Of a stretch of DNA of 64,000 bases, positions 46,701 through 61,492 are shown one piece after another; the stretch's first letter is position 1; each line of letters opens with the position of its first letter. The stretch comes from Trichoplax adhaerens. Taxonomy: Eukaryota > Animalia > Placozoa. Under the pieces are notes generated by a model, which was not told where the DNA came from, searched no databases, and was given only the letters and a program-made list of their open reading frames with translations. Position numbers and translations under genes: made by a program. The stretch lies in contig NW_002060945.1 in NCBI RefSeq assembly GCF_000150275.1, positions 6,135,246-6,199,245 of the forward strand, in the 5' to 3' direction.

Positions 46701-49700
46701 CCTGGGACCTGAAAATAGTTTAACATTGCTATGTTTAGCTTTGACGGAGCAAAAGATTCTTTTACACTGTCGCCGACCGGCATTATTGACAAGCGTAGCT
46801 GAAGCGCTCACTTCAGTAAATTGATTTTGCTTGATAACCTATATTATTAATTACTGTATAATGCCTTCTTATAGATACTATGCAGATAAATCTAGAATTT
46901 CATTGGAAGTATCTTTGCGTTACAAAATTAATTGATTATTAATTAATTTTTATAAACTACCACAGATTATATTCCCATTCGAATGGCAGTGTCCTTATAT
47001 TCCTCTGTGTCCGGTCAAATTAGCTGATGTTCTTAATGCACCATGTCCATTTATTGTCGGTTGGTAATATTTAATGCTAGAAATAAATACTGTTTAAACT
47101 ATATTAAGATTTAGCTACTTAGTACCTCTGCAGGATTCATAGTATGATATAAATCGAATTGTGTTAAATTTGCTGTCTTTGAATTAATTCCTTTCTGTAC
47201 TTGTATAGCCAAGGTATTTCATGCTGTACTAGATATCTAAGAGCTAGATATTGAAATGATAATGAAAACGTTTGTATTGTATCTTTAACAGGCATTGATT
47301 CTAAGTATTTTGATCTTTACCGACCACCTCTTGAATTAACATGTGTCGATTTAGATACAAATACGATATCATAGTAAGTATAATTCATGATAAGTGAGCT
47401 AAAGGTGAATTCTGTACGAATCTAATTTTACTTTTCATAAAAATTTCGTCCGATAGTGGGGCAGAGAAAAGGGCTATCACTTGGAAAATATTACCAAAGG
47501 TACGAGACGAACTTTTATTTATTTACAATATAACTTGCTTGAAATATTGGGTCTTAGACAACTTTTTAACTAGTCGTAAATTTTATAGAAATACGCAGAC
47601 GTGGTCCTTAAACAGCTTAGAAGGATTCATCAGCAGTTACTGCAGTGTACGGACTATTTATAACCAAATGTCGAGGAACGAAAATTATGTTTGAAATAAC
47701 TCTGTTTCATTATATTATAGCATTAGAGAATCAAGGCAACTTAGATAGTTTAAGTTATGCCGTTGATATTGCGCCTTTAGAATACGATGTGACGATCAAG
47801 CGAAAATTGGTTTGCTAACGAATTTAACTTGCTATGAAAACTTTAGGAATTATTTGATCAGTAACAAATATATTTTAACCATTCTTTCAGAGATCGATTA
47901 GCTCAAATATACAGCATATATTTTTAGCGATACAAGCGATATTATTGCGTGGCTACAAGTACGTATCCAAAATTTATTCACCTTTAGCAGTTGTATCGCC
48001 TTTTGATTACATTATCGTTACAACGTTCATACTTTCTCTATGTTTAAATAGGCGATTTTTGCTACCCATAACGAAATCGCCATCTTCAGATGTATACGAT
48101 GCTAGATCATTGTTTGATTTTGAAGGTGAGAGAATTATAGTTATCTTTTAATAGAGGATGGCGAATATTGCTTTACAAAGCATTTCATTTTTTAACAGGT
48201 TTTCTGAAAAGTAGATCTAGTGGAGCAAAGAAATTTTTTTCTCAATTAGTCAAAACTCAGGTTTATTTACATTTGTATTAATATGGTAGGCCTAACAAAA
48301 GTGATGTTACATCTAAGCTAAGTGTTGCTATCCGTACATATTTTAGTTATTTACGCGATTCATAGAGCAGAGATCATTTGTGTCCCCTGTCGATGTCCAA
48401 TTTGCATTTTTTGATGACTATATCAACAAGGTTTTAAACTAAAGCGTTACTTTTAGTTCTCAGTTTATTGAGTTATCATATATTTCTTTATTAATTACTA
48501 CCGCGTGAGTCTTATCGGTATCATTTACATTTTAAGGTTGAGAATGGTATTTCCCTTACGGAGTTAGACGACCATAAGCAAAAGTAATACATAAATACAA
48601 TTTAAGTGCTCGACTGTTTGATATCTTCAAGTCATATATTGCGCCACGTTTTTATACATATTCTAGAAACTACACAACCTTAGTCATTCCATCGCCAGAT
48701 ACGGAAGGACTTCCAGAAAATAAAAAATACGAGTACGAATTGGCTTAATAGCATAGTAGCAAGTGCTGTATTTTAACATGAGGACTTATGTTTATAATGA
48801 ATGTTTAGGTACTCATCATTTCCTGCACTAGATGAGTCGCTCCTGGTTCTGCCTACGAAATGTCAAGACTATCAGTTAGATTTGATGTACTCGCCGCAAA
48901 TACGAGGAAATTTATTACGTTCACAAGCAGAAAGGGAAGAAGCTGCTGAGGTTATTCTATACTTCCATAAGTTGAAGAGTTTTCTAAATAGGAAAGTTGA
49001 GTTTGTAAAATGGAATATAGAGCATATGCTAAAATTTTTAGCTTAATGTTTACATGTAGATCGCCAGAAAACAGTCGAAAAGTCCGCTACTTTGGGCAAA
49101 ATACTTATTAAGAAGTTGCTATACTATTTGGTTCATGTATCTTCCTGCTTACGTGAAGGTTCAATCATCGCCCAATCGTGCGCTCAAAAAAGGATTTCAG
49201 GTTTGAAGGAGCATTTTATATTGTATATGGTACATCAGCGATATTTCCGCTAAGTGTAGTAAATCTTAATATTCTTACTATGTAGGTCTTATTACAAATG
49301 CAAACATCAAAATTACACATGCAAGACGAAGTAATTTGAATATAATATAGATATATATTGACATCATAAATATTTACTGGAAATATTACGGGAAAACTAA
49401 CATCCTGAACATTTTAAGTTTTGCTACAGATCAATGATGCACCTGTGTGCGGTTTACAAGCTGCCAATTTTAGCCATACGAGTAAAAATCTTTATAATTG
49501 CAATATTTGCATCTATTTTTGCTGTATAATTATTACTTATTCATTACTAACTTTACCACTACGTAGGTTTTATTAATTATGCGAGCTGTCGGCATTCACC
49601 CTAATGCAGTTACCTATGGTTATTACAACAAGGTATAAAGATTTATAAAAATTACTTGTAGTTATTTATTCTAGAGTTTGAACAAATTTTGTTCTTTAGG

Positions 49701-52700
49701 CGGTAAGTGAAAATCCGTGGCCGGAAAAAACAGGCCCAAAGTTGTGGTCTCTTCTCCGAAATGTAGTTACTGCTATTGCAATTTTTCGTAGTTTCTTAAA
49801 AATAAATAATGTTGACACGATGCAAGCCCAAGGAGATCATGCGAGTTACAGCGACAACTTTTATAACAACGATAGCATCACTAGAAATGAGTACTTAGAT
49901 AACGATGTTATGTCGAAAACGATTTTATATAAGAAATTATATAATAGTCTTGAGGTGTTACCTCAATCTCATAATTCAGAACATTTTACAAGGCCTTTTA
50001 TGGCGTCAACTCCATCACCTACGGCAAATCACAGAATAATTTCGGAGCAAAGGGTTCCACCTTGTAATACTCCTGTAAAAACACCTCGCAAGTCGTATAA
50101 TATAAATCAAGGAAATGTTAGTTCGAATACAAGTATGTCATCTAGTGCAAGTTCAAGAAAACAAAACATTTTTTCAATTCGATCAAGACGTTCATTTGAT
50201 ACGCTATCTGCTGCGAGTAGTCTGTCATCATCTCTAAATTCATCTCTATCTTCGATTTCTCGACGTCTAACCTTTAAACGTGGAAAAAATGGATTTTCTA
50301 AATCTTTTGATACTAAGCTAGAGTCTGGATTGTTGTCATCTTTTGACAGCAAGTACGAATTTTCAAATTTCTTAGATGGTACTCTTGTAGATGGTACATT
50401 ACTTGAGGCAGATGACGAAGATGATGAAGATGAAGATTTGGCAGTTGAAGCTACGATAAGTAGCTGTGCAAAGTGTCATTCGTGCAGTGCTATTCTATAT
50501 GATGAAGAAATTATGGCTGGATGGACCGCGAATGAATCGAACTTAAACACAAGGTTTGATAAATTCTAAATTGCTTTATTGTTACAGCTTTCGTATGCTG
50601 TAACAGGTTAGATATTTCATATTAGATTATAACTTTCTATTTATTTTTTGCTTCTGTATCTATATAATAATGATGTTGTTTATTCTTCGTAAAAGCTGTC
50701 GTTATTGTTGTGCCAAGTTTGTAGCATTCCTAACAGTAGTTATCAAGGTAGGAGTGACAGTTGCATTGCCTGTATTACTGTATGATCTTTATAAAAATAA
50801 CTTTAACCGTTAATATATAATTATATGTTTATCGATTATTGTAGGATTATCGACCGCTGTATCAAGAAAGGCATCCAACGTAAGTTGGCTTGTAGATAAT
50901 GTATTAATTAGGATATTAGGCTGTTTATATTGTATCATTTTCATTTTCAGGACTATTTCGTTACCAAATAGTGATATGTCAGGATCTTTAGATTCAGAAG
51001 AACGGGAAAATACATTCGAGGACGGCGATCCTGTTTCGTATGATATTAATAATTTGTTTCCACCAAAATCTGCGTATCCGAGTTCAGTTTTAACACCGGT
51101 TACGAATGCTGTTGTTCTTGATCAGTACGAAGAACCCTACAAGGAATTGATTGAAAATGATAACATGACAAACCATGGACGCTTGCATTCTTTTAATTCA
51201 CATTCTTCCCATAAGTCATTTAGTATGAGTGATTTAAGAAAACAAGTAAATGATTTAGATATCAACGACAAACCGGAAGAGACATTGGCATATGATTTGA
51301 TGGTACCAAACGATACTTCTGATGTAAAAGATGATGGTAATGTTAAGGTATCGGGTGGATATTCTGTGTCAATGCCTGCACTCTACACGGAGCATACTAT
51401 ACGAGAGGAATCAATATCCGTACCATATTTAAGCCCAATTGTACTTCAGAAGGAGTTAGAGAGCCTGGTTGATAATCATGGTCTTGATATTTTCGCTGAT
51501 CCAGCCATTATTGATAACCATGGCACTGTTTATTGGAATTTGGTATAGTATTGTATTTCTTTATTTTCTAATTGATACCTGTAGAAGGATGATTCCATAT
51601 AATGTTGATTTTAGGTTTGGTATTTCTCAAGAACGGGATTCTCGAAAAATTTACCAAAACTGTTGTTAAAAAGAGCTCAGGCGCAAGATATCGAACATTA
51701 TGGAGAAGCTCTTAAGGTTTAGCTAACATGCTTAATTCATTTTTATGCTTGACTCTGCCATTGTTGTTAGATGAAGTATATGTGGTACCAATATTAAATC
51801 ATTAACACATACTGCGCTTCACTAATATCAGCTGCGTCTAGACGTAAAGCGAGTTGCTGTACTGCCTATATGGGATTTTGAGAAATATGACGAAAGTGAT
51901 GGGATTCCATTATATAGGCAGTTCTTGAGTGGTACGCTATATTTATGGTTATATTGGGTATACGTTAGTCCTTATATTGATCTTTTATTGTAAATTTCTT
52001 AGATAACAATTATGTCGACATAGATGATTATGAAGGAAACTTTTATGAAGATCATTCGAATTGGTATGTTTTTGCATATACGCGTAGGAAATACTTTGCA
52101 TGTTGCAAGTTGCTTTTCCCCCACAAAATTTCGATAGAACAATTTTACGTTTTTCATGACAGTCACGTTGATTTGGTTCAAACTATCGTCACGAATCTTC
52201 AAAAGAACAATGTTTTCACTCCAATTACCTTATTGTTAGAAGAAAGAATAAAAAATCCTTTACGGATGCATCACCGGTATGAAAAAGTGAAATACGTTCG
52301 ATACAGTACTGTATTGTGTTACTGTGTGCTTCGATTGACTATTCATCTTGCCCTAGTTAAAGGATTGATTTAGTGTGTATTTCAATTTTTAGAAGTATTT
52401 ACAGAGAATTATTATTCCTAGCTTGTGTCTGCAGTCAATATATTGAACAAGGTAAGTGAAATATCATGATAGCTATGTAAGTATAGTGCTAATCTGGCAG
52501 TAGAGATATTATAATGATATTTTGTTAAACTTTTGAATGCAATTTATTTATGGTTATATTTTTTGGTCTACTTTGAAGACAATTTTGATAAAGAATTTCG
52601 TTCTGGACTACGGGGCTTGTCTCCTGCACATATGGATCAATTACACGATTATGATCGCGTTCCAGCCCCTGCAGTTACATTTTGTAGAAAAGCCTTTTTA

Positions 52701-52721
52701 CCTTTAAATCTTCCGCTTTAA
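43788..52721 (+). CDS. DENND4: DENN domain-containing protein 4 / Crag (Rab GEF with MABP, uDENN, DENN, dDENN and PPR-like regions)
   Basis: [20 protein letters not shown] start; MABP repeats (PITDI, ADLN); [27 protein letters not shown]; [11 protein letters not shown]; [15 protein letters not shown]; [14 protein letters not shown]; [13 protein letters not shown]; [20 protein letters not shown]; [16 protein letters not shown]; YWNLVWYF; [10 protein letters not shown]; stop at 52719-52721. Many short GT-AG introns. Confidence 0.95.
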
Positions 52722-53451
52722 TATTTATTGTTTCCCTACTGGGTAAATAAGGAATATCTTATTTGTAAAATGTAATAACGCCGCTGTCGGTTATAAAATA
52801 CAGTAACATAAGTTAATAATCATATTTGATAGATTAACGGTATCAACTTGACTATTTCTATTATTACCGCTACAATGAATTTAGTATTACAGGTTTACTT
52901 TGCTCACGCATGATTTCATCACGATTTGGATTAATTTTGGCAAGATCGTATCAATACAGACAGATATATACCTATATATAAGCATATATATCTGAGTGTA
53001 CACATGTCTTTATTTTCATATTGTTACTTGAGAAAGCTTGTAATTTGCTACTTTTAATAATAATCAACGTTAACCATGATTAAAGTGGTTTAGAAGTTTT
53101 GGTAAGAGTATGCTAGTTTGCTTTTATAGTTAATGTTATTTTAAATATTGAAATTTATCGTCATTTGTCATAGATCAGTCTGTAAATTACAATTTATTTT
53201 ACCGTTTATACGACGAGACTCATATAAAAGTTATTTATGACGCTTGGATAAAGTTACTGATATAAACAATTATCAAATCTTTGAAATCATGTATTTAATT
53301 CTTTTTGTTCTGATGACGTAGCATGTCAAGCTTTATCATGTTATGGTATTTTCTTGTTTTGCCATAGTGTGGAAAATGGTTCTATGTGGTGTGAAATTCC
53401 TATACGGTAATATACGCGTATTATGCTGTAGATTTGGGGGGGGGGTAAAAT

Positions 53452-53759
53452 TATAAAATTGTGTCTTGATTCAATGGCTACGAAGCTATTCGCTTTCATA
53501 CAGTCGACATCGGAAACGTTTGCAAGTTTATTTCATCTATATGCACCTTTACCTTCGTATACGTCAGTATCATGATTCATATTACTTTGACGAATAGCAT
53601 ACGAGTATAAAATTGTGTCTTGATTCAATGGCTACGAAGCTATTCGCTTTCATAAAGTCGACATCGGAAACGTTTGCAAGTTTATTTCATCTATATGCAC
53701 CTTTACCTTCGTATACGTCAGTATCATGCTTCATATTACTTTGACGAATAGTATACGAG
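53452..53759. repeat. Near-perfect 154-bp tandem duplication
   Basis: Units 53452-53605 and 53606-53759 both start TATAAAATTGTGTCTTGATTCAATGGCTACG and differ at only a few bases; a G10 run (53436-53445) directly precedes them. Confidence 0.93.
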
Positions 53760-56186
53760 TATTTTATCGTAATGGTCGAAAAGGGAAGGGTTTCGATATC
53801 GTTTTCCATGATGCCGTAGCAATCTTTTGTATTGTTCTGGTATTAGAAGATATTATTGTACCATGGACCACTCGAAATATACTTAGTGCTTATTCTTCTA
53901 GTGATCCATGAAATGTAATTCAAAAAATCTGCAGTCTGAATGAAATGACTCTTCATAAAATTATGACGCCTTAATAAATAGCTATAGTCATTAACGTCAA
54001 GCTAGTTAGGACTCTTCCATTAAAATGATAATCTGCATTTTTCATCATCATCATGAACAGCTTACGCGTATGCTGTGGAATTTGTAGTCCAAAAAGACAA
54101 GATACAACTTCTCACATTTTACTACGTATGTACAGTAGGACAGTATCATCCATGGCCAGTTAATACTTAATACTACATTCTAAGCATTCTGTAGAGCTCT
54201 TTCGTCTCGCGAGCTGATCAATACGAGCGGGCAAGATAGCGAGAGCTCAATCTAACTTTCCGCAGTGGGAACGCCAGTCTATACATTGAGAGTTTAGATT
54301 GGAGTTGCGCTGTACGTTGTTAGCGTACAGCAGACCTGCGTAGTTCACGAAGTTACAGTAAGGCGAGCCATACGTATAAATACCAAGTCATAATTACTCC
54401 GCTTATGGTTTGAGTCTGCGTAGAGATGCGCAAATTGCTGGCATCCGTTCAATCATGGCGGATCGATAACATACTGAAATTTCTTATACAGTATAGAGGC
54501 CATGGAAATTTTGACATTAAAATTGAAATCCTTGACAAACATGCGATATTTATTTCTGGAATTTTTGATCAACTGCCTAAAATGAAAAGATATTCTCGTA
54601 AAACGAGTGATAACTATACTGTAGAATGAATTCATCAATTAATAATCTCAATTATTTTAAGCTTTGATTGCCCTTAACAGTAGAGTCAAGACGAGAGGCG
54701 CATTTGAGTATCGTAGATTCTAGCTAGGAATGGTGGCAAGAGACTCAAACTTGCAAGAGAAATACAACAATATAAAGTAGGTAGCATTTGTAGGACCATG
54801 GTAGGGGGATTTTACTGTACAGTAGATGTTGACGAGGTTCATCAGTGCAATGTCGTGATTTGTAATAAAGTCCTGTAGTTACTGTAAGTACTACAAAATA
54901 TGAAGTAGTAAACCTCGAGCAAGAATTCCAGTTTTGAATCGTTGGTGTGGTAACTGAAGATGCGCTGGCATAAGTGGCCTTAGTCACTGTTGTATATTTC
55001 TTGATTTTATAATACATAACCGCTCAAAGTGCCGTGCAAATTGAAGTTCCTAGTAGACAGTAACCTGTGAATGACAGGCTGTAATTATCGTTAGAAGTAG
55101 TGCCATCTCAAAATGGATTCCAAGATCGTGGGTGCCAGTTGAATCTGTCCATCAATGCATGCCCATTTCAAATCGGTTCGCTTTTTCACTACCGCATTCG
55201 TAGAGTCCACTATTGTAGAAGCTTTGCAGTTGTTCTCCTAGGACTGCCTGTTGGAGACACACAGCTTATCATAGCACACCTACTTGATTAGAATACAAGG
55301 AAGGAAAAATCATCTCCAACACGCGCCTAAATGAGTAGCTTGCTAAAAGCCAAATCAAAATGCATCCAATCCAAGCGATTCTTCTACCTAGAATTTTACT
55401 GTATGTCAAATGAATCCATTTGCAAGGCCAAGCACTCCTACTTCTCGTTCTGTTGATATCGAACCGAGGTCAATTAATCTTCTGCCACCGAGAAGCAATG
55501 ATGACGTTATTATGACATCATTAGCATACTATATTAGCAAACTATTAGCATATCCCTATTCAATATCATCGGCTAATATACTCAAACTATACTTAGAACT
55601 CTATTAAGGCAACGCTAACTTACCGACGGTGTTGGAATATATTTATTTAGGAAGCCATTAGCAGGGCGTCGTAGAAACGATTGGTTCAAATTGAGTTGAT
55701 CGTATGCCTGCCATCGCTGGCCATAGTAAAGCTATACTCACGATCGACTACACACTACATGCGATAGTGGGATTAGTCCATGCAGTAGCAACAACATCAT
55801 TCTTCAACAAAGTAATTCTTTAGTCTGCAAAAAGGCTGCTAGTATTGAGGAGGAAAATCATTTCGAGTGGGTTAGTTGGCTTGAAGAAAGATCTGGACAG
55901 AGAATACCTGCTGATCATTGCAGAGTTAGCTAGGGTTAAGGTAGAACTTGTAAGTACAAGCTTCTCGATCGAAAAATTGATCGTCATTCTATTTTGGGGG
56001 TAGGCCAGTAAAAGTGGATTATGACATTGTCGATTTCATTCTCTTGACCAGCAGTATTTCATCTTCAGGTAGGCTCCAGTTGAAAGCATCTCATGAAATT
56101 ACAAAGTTAAAAATCTATTATTGAATGTTGGTAGAATTGGAAAGTCCTGTCAATCGATCAGTTTTGTCCTGGATGAGATATTGAAA

Positions 56187-59100
56187 ATGCCTACGGGAAA
56201 TGTCAACGTAAACCTGATCGGAGGATTCGCTAGTTATGGCCATACATCGTCAACATCCACCGCTGACGATGCTGACATCGATGAAGAGGTAATATTGCTA
56301 TGCTGTAGGATGCCGCGTATATAATTCATGGCCTACAAGAGTTTTACTGCAATGATACATAGAAAGAGGAATAGCGTGGTAGATGGATGCAATACGACTA
56401 TGTCAAGCTAGGATTGCACTTTACACTCGACAAACGATGCTATTTCTCGATAGAAACAGTCAATGCCAATACTTGAATGCAATACGACAACGCACGGATA
56501 CTCGTAGCTAGTCCATCACCAAGCTGAAGTAATTCTAAAATACTTAGAAGCTACGTTATAGGCAATGATTTTATGCTATCCCTTAGTAATAATGGAGCTA
56601 GTTTACCTTGTTAGAAGAAAAGATCTTCAATTTAAACTATCGATTGACAATACTTGATGTAGCTTATTAAGAGAATGGAATATCTGCTCCTTCTACAATC
56701 AATCCCTTCTATCGACTGTGTACTATTTGTAGACCGTGTCTTGATGTTGCTCTCATCTGCTATCCTATTTTATGACATAGAAATGGCTAACATCCATTTC
56801 GTAAGTCTTGTAAATGAAAAAATCAACACGCTTACTAGCCGAGCATAGTCGGCAGACAGATTATACAGGATTGGTATCGTTTTAGGCTAACATGATTTCT
56901 TCATGTACTCTACTGTAGTTATCATCATCCAGACTCTTTTCGATCATGATTTTATCAATCATCAATCCGCAGTTAGAATAATCGTTCACCTTCACCTGGT
57001 GATGAATGATGTGAACATTGGATATTCTGTCATGATGAGTAATAATTATTTCGGTAAAATATTGATATGCAATTATCATCACTTTGATACCAAACTATTT
57101 CATCTGTGAAAGCCATTATCATTGGAAAAGAATTGATTTTCGTAGTATTAAAATAGGATTCTATTGCCTTTCAACAAGTTTAGACTCCAAAACGATAATA
57201 TAATTGGTTCATTTTACCCATCAACTGAACATGATGAAACTCTCTTATCACTAACTTGACAAGAATTGAAGTTTTATGTTATTATGAAAGTACTGTAGTA
57301 GGCTGCAGTTTGTAAACTTAAAAGAGATCAGATGCCATAGTGTACGTCTCAGTTAACTATGTAATATTCACAGCTTTTCTTAACTTCAATCCATAGAGTA
57401 ATCTTTTTCACCTCTGCGATTCTATCATTGGCTACCTTTAATCTTTACCTTGTCCTTGACAGGACACGCTAATGCGGGGTACCCTAAATAATTACATTAA
57501 AAGAATTAATTACGGCATTGCAAACCAACAGCGTGCTATTTAGCTTTTAGATGATTAATCAGGTAAATTTTAAAAACAGAAATACAAATTTCACATCCGC
57601 CATGCGAGCACGGTAAACAACATCAGTGCAACTGCAAACCGTACTTATCGATTTACTTCAGATATATAGAAACAGTCACCATCGCTATTTTCTCCCTTTC
57701 ATGATGCCTCCATGATGATTCAAAATACGTCAAATCACAAGCCTAAAACTGTACTTTACCTGTTATCATGCCTGCAATGGATGGCTTGCTTAATTTTATA
57801 AAAGTTTCTTAGTTTAAATTATTACCATTATACAGTGGAATGAGTTTATCGTCAAGCCAGTTATGAATTAATCGGATGGATGGCTACATAAAATGTGATA
57901 ACATTGCTACTCATTTGATTGAATTGGATGATTTATTTATTAAAAGGTCCTTTTCGAAGTCGATAATCGCGAAAGTCGTGTCAAGAAATTAACTAAAAAA
58001 GTAATGAAACCATCACATGGATTACAGCAAATCGGTAAGGTGCCACTAATTGATAAATAGATCACAGGCTATCCACAGTATCTTGACAAATGCAGTATGA
58101 TCAAAATCACACTTCTTATGTAGCACACCTAGTCAGTTAGAATCCCTTAATACTAGCCATGGATTAGATTATGACTTGGAAATGCTTGTAATTCACAAAT
58201 TGTGCATTATATTGCTAATGAATAATGCTTAGTGGTCGCAGTAATGTAGTATAGCAAACGCAAAATTTCCGTTTTAAACTATGGCATACTAACTTGCCAA
58301 TTATTTAATATAAGTAACTGTGATTAGAGATTCTTTTAGCTATAATAGGTAAATTTAGTCCGTATGATTTATATTGTGGTTTGATTACTTACTCCTAGCA
58401 TGACTTCAAAAATTCTTGACCACTGTAACTATCTTTTATAACACCGTACAAATTGTCATTTACCTTAAAAGTGTAGGCTTAAAAAAAGTGTAAGAATCAT
58501 TTTATAACTTCTAGATTATACGATTTGCAATCTCATTCTTATATCAATAGTGTTAAGAAATGTCTTCCATTTTTAAAACAATTACAGAGGATCATAAGAT
58601 TATGACGAAGAAATTAGATAATGATAAAAGTAAAGAGAAAACGAGAATATTGCCTAAAAGCAGTTCAAATAGGTAATGGATTAAATTAGGCAATTATTGT
58701 CAATGATGAGCGAGCATCAAAACAGCAGCTACGAACTTAGCTTTAGGTTTTGTGATATATGTACAGTATACGGTATACGGTAATTATGCTATAAAGTGGA
58801 TAAAGATGTCACTTTATTGAATCACCATTACTTTTTTTTATTAGTGTACAGATAGATTAATTTCAGCTATAATTGATTCTGTAATACACTTATTTTAACT
58901 TTATTAATTTATAAAGGCATTGGATTGGTAACATATTAGTGATTCTGCATTATAAAATGTGACATAAATAACATAGGAGAATAAAACGATGAGAAGATTT
59001 ACTGATAGTTGTCCTAGAAGTAGCTTGCGATGTTATCGTTTTCTATGCTCTTTATAATAACCCTACATTTGTGATAAAATTTTGAACGTCTTGAATATAC

Positions 59101-59861
59101 TATGTTATACATTGATTACCTGTATTCAATGCAGCCAGTGTTATTGAATAAATCGGTTTTTGTAGACTTTTACATCTTAATTCATAGCAAAACTGATTTA
59201 TATGATGATATTTTAAATATCTGTTTTATGCTAGACCACCAAAATATAGTAAAATTGACGGAAAACAACTTCTAAATCATGAAGCTAAGTATGTAACTGA
59301 TTGTTGAAATTCATTTAAAGTTTTTCTGATTAAGGTTTAGTTAGTAGATCGTGCAGATGTTTTACGTTTCCGCATTACCCACATGCAGTAGTTCGGATAA
59401 ATTCCGTCAAAATAATGCAATTCCGTGTTCATCAATACTACGCTTTAATCAATTGTTAATCAGATAAGATTTTAATTATTTTACTCAATAAAGATAAATA
59501 ATAATATTATTCTTTTACATTTTTGTATTAAAGCGACAATAGTGCCATGCTGCAACCTGTAGAAGTAAGTTTTTTTATCTACTTGTATAATCGTGAACGT
59601 GTTGTTACAGTATTATACTCATATCCTATTTTATATAATGAATTATAAGAATAAGGTGTTATGTCATACATGGCATCGAATATGAAAGATCGATTTTCCT
59701 TTTGTTCATTATTTAAGATCTTTGAAATCAAGCAGCAATTAATGAAAGATGGTTTTCGACTGGATGAAGCAACGGATGATGAAGAATTTGATCTTTTTCC
59801 AACTAGAGTAGTAACACAAGAGGGTTCTAAATGTTCTTGTTGTACATGTATAATATTGTAA
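56187..59861 (+). CDS. FAM219: FAM219-family protein with C-terminal CaaX box (about 167 aa)
   Basis: Phase-consistent exons 56187-56288, 57947-58034, 58588-58672, 59235-59288, 59534-59564, 59718-59861. Last exon QQLMKDGFRLDEATDDEEFDLFP...KCSCCTCIIL resembles the FAM219A/B C-terminus as I recall it (QLLKDGYRLDEIPDDEDLDLIPP plus Cys-rich tail). The first exon is uncertain; alternative micro-exon MINQ at 57551-57562. Confidence 0.85.
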
Positions 59862-61492
59862 TTCCCCAAGGTTTGCATGCTTTAAAAACTGTTAGAAATC
59901 TATTAGTATTCAATGATCATGTATTTTGATTAATAAATTAGAGATTTCTGCTGCTACAATTTGTTACTTCAAGCACATAAGTAATTGCGTAATTTCATTT
60001 AAAATCCAATGTACTGTATATTGGTATGATGAATGTAGTTAATATAAATTATGGACATATGTAATCACGGAAATTTTTTTGGTCAGCTCTTTGTTATTTA
60101 ATAATATTAACTGTATAAAATGCAAATTTTATTTCATGAAATTATTTGTTATCATATATTCTATACTGGTTTTACTGCATCACTGTTCACTATGAGGTAT
60201 AATATTGTGATTACTATTAGACGATACCATCATTTTTGTTGGATTACTTCTATGAACACTTGTACAGTAAAAACACTTATAAGCGATAAAGCGGTGCATT
60301 GAGTTTAATTTGTTGCTCTTCAAATTACGCTTTGAATAAATTAATTATTTATGAAGTTACTACGACAAGCAAGTTGGTATGAAGAGTAAACTGTGGCAGT
60401 TGTAAAAATATTCGGATAAGTCCATTTTCTAGACTTCTAATTACTCTTTATCTAGTAATGACAATACTAATTAATATTCTGTAAGTATTCTTCATAGCAT
60501 TTAAATCGGCTTTTACAGTGTTCTATCCAGTGTCATCTCTCATTTCACTTATTAATATTGTATAATCATTTTTGTTTGCCTTTCTACGGTAACCAATCAA
60601 CTACAAGTGCTATACGTTGTTCTATAAGTTGATCCTACTTGAAGAGATATTTATAAAGATAGCATTTAATGGATTTGATTGAAATACCAAGCATAACGTC
60701 AATTTGGGTCATTTCGGGTAAAAAAAATATATAGGAAGGTTGAGTGTACTTGATTATTACTCTTTATTATGTCCATCATGGACTAGTAAAATACATAATG
60801 ATAAGATTTGGATTATTACATTAATATCCATCTAAATTAAATGAGGAATGGATGGATATAGTTCTGTTATTTGGTAAAGGGCTATCAAAATAAAACAAAG
60901 TTACAATTTTAATGTTTAACGATCAGTAAACGACGAACATTTGTTATTGAGACTTGGCACATAGTTGTTAACATTCCATCAAACAAACGTTGAAGCAACG
61001 ACGTAAGTACATGTAATAAGCCTTTTCAACAGCGATAATTTTTACTTTAAAAGTGGTTCATTCCGCCGTATTAAACTAAGTGTAACTGTATCGCATCCAT
61101 CTTCTTGCCATGGTTAATAACATTTATATCGAAATTGCTTCGGTGCAAGTATGGCTGAACTAGTCTTAACGCCATGATAATATTTGATATCAGCAATGTA
61201 GCAACTAATGTAAACCTACTTACTTTATAGGTACTACTGATACACGATTATATGTATAAGGATGTCACAAATAATAGAGTTGACCAAATTATGTAACATG
61301 CATTATCAACTAAATGATTTCTAGTAAATTATTTTAAAAAAGTAATGATAAATAATGTACGTATATTACTAGCATGATCAAATACAATTTGTACAAATTT
61401 ACTAGTTGTCAATCCTAAATTTTCCATGTCACGTTAAAGTTTATAGCAATAAAATTACTATTTATTAAGAAGGAAAACTATTAGCCATGATC

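Noticed and set aside
54745-56335. Minus-strand spliced gene or chain of micro-ORFs
   Set aside because: Plausible splice signals exist, but every frame closes within about 35-60 codons, and part of the region is better explained as FAM219 exon 1. An antisense lncRNA is not excluded.
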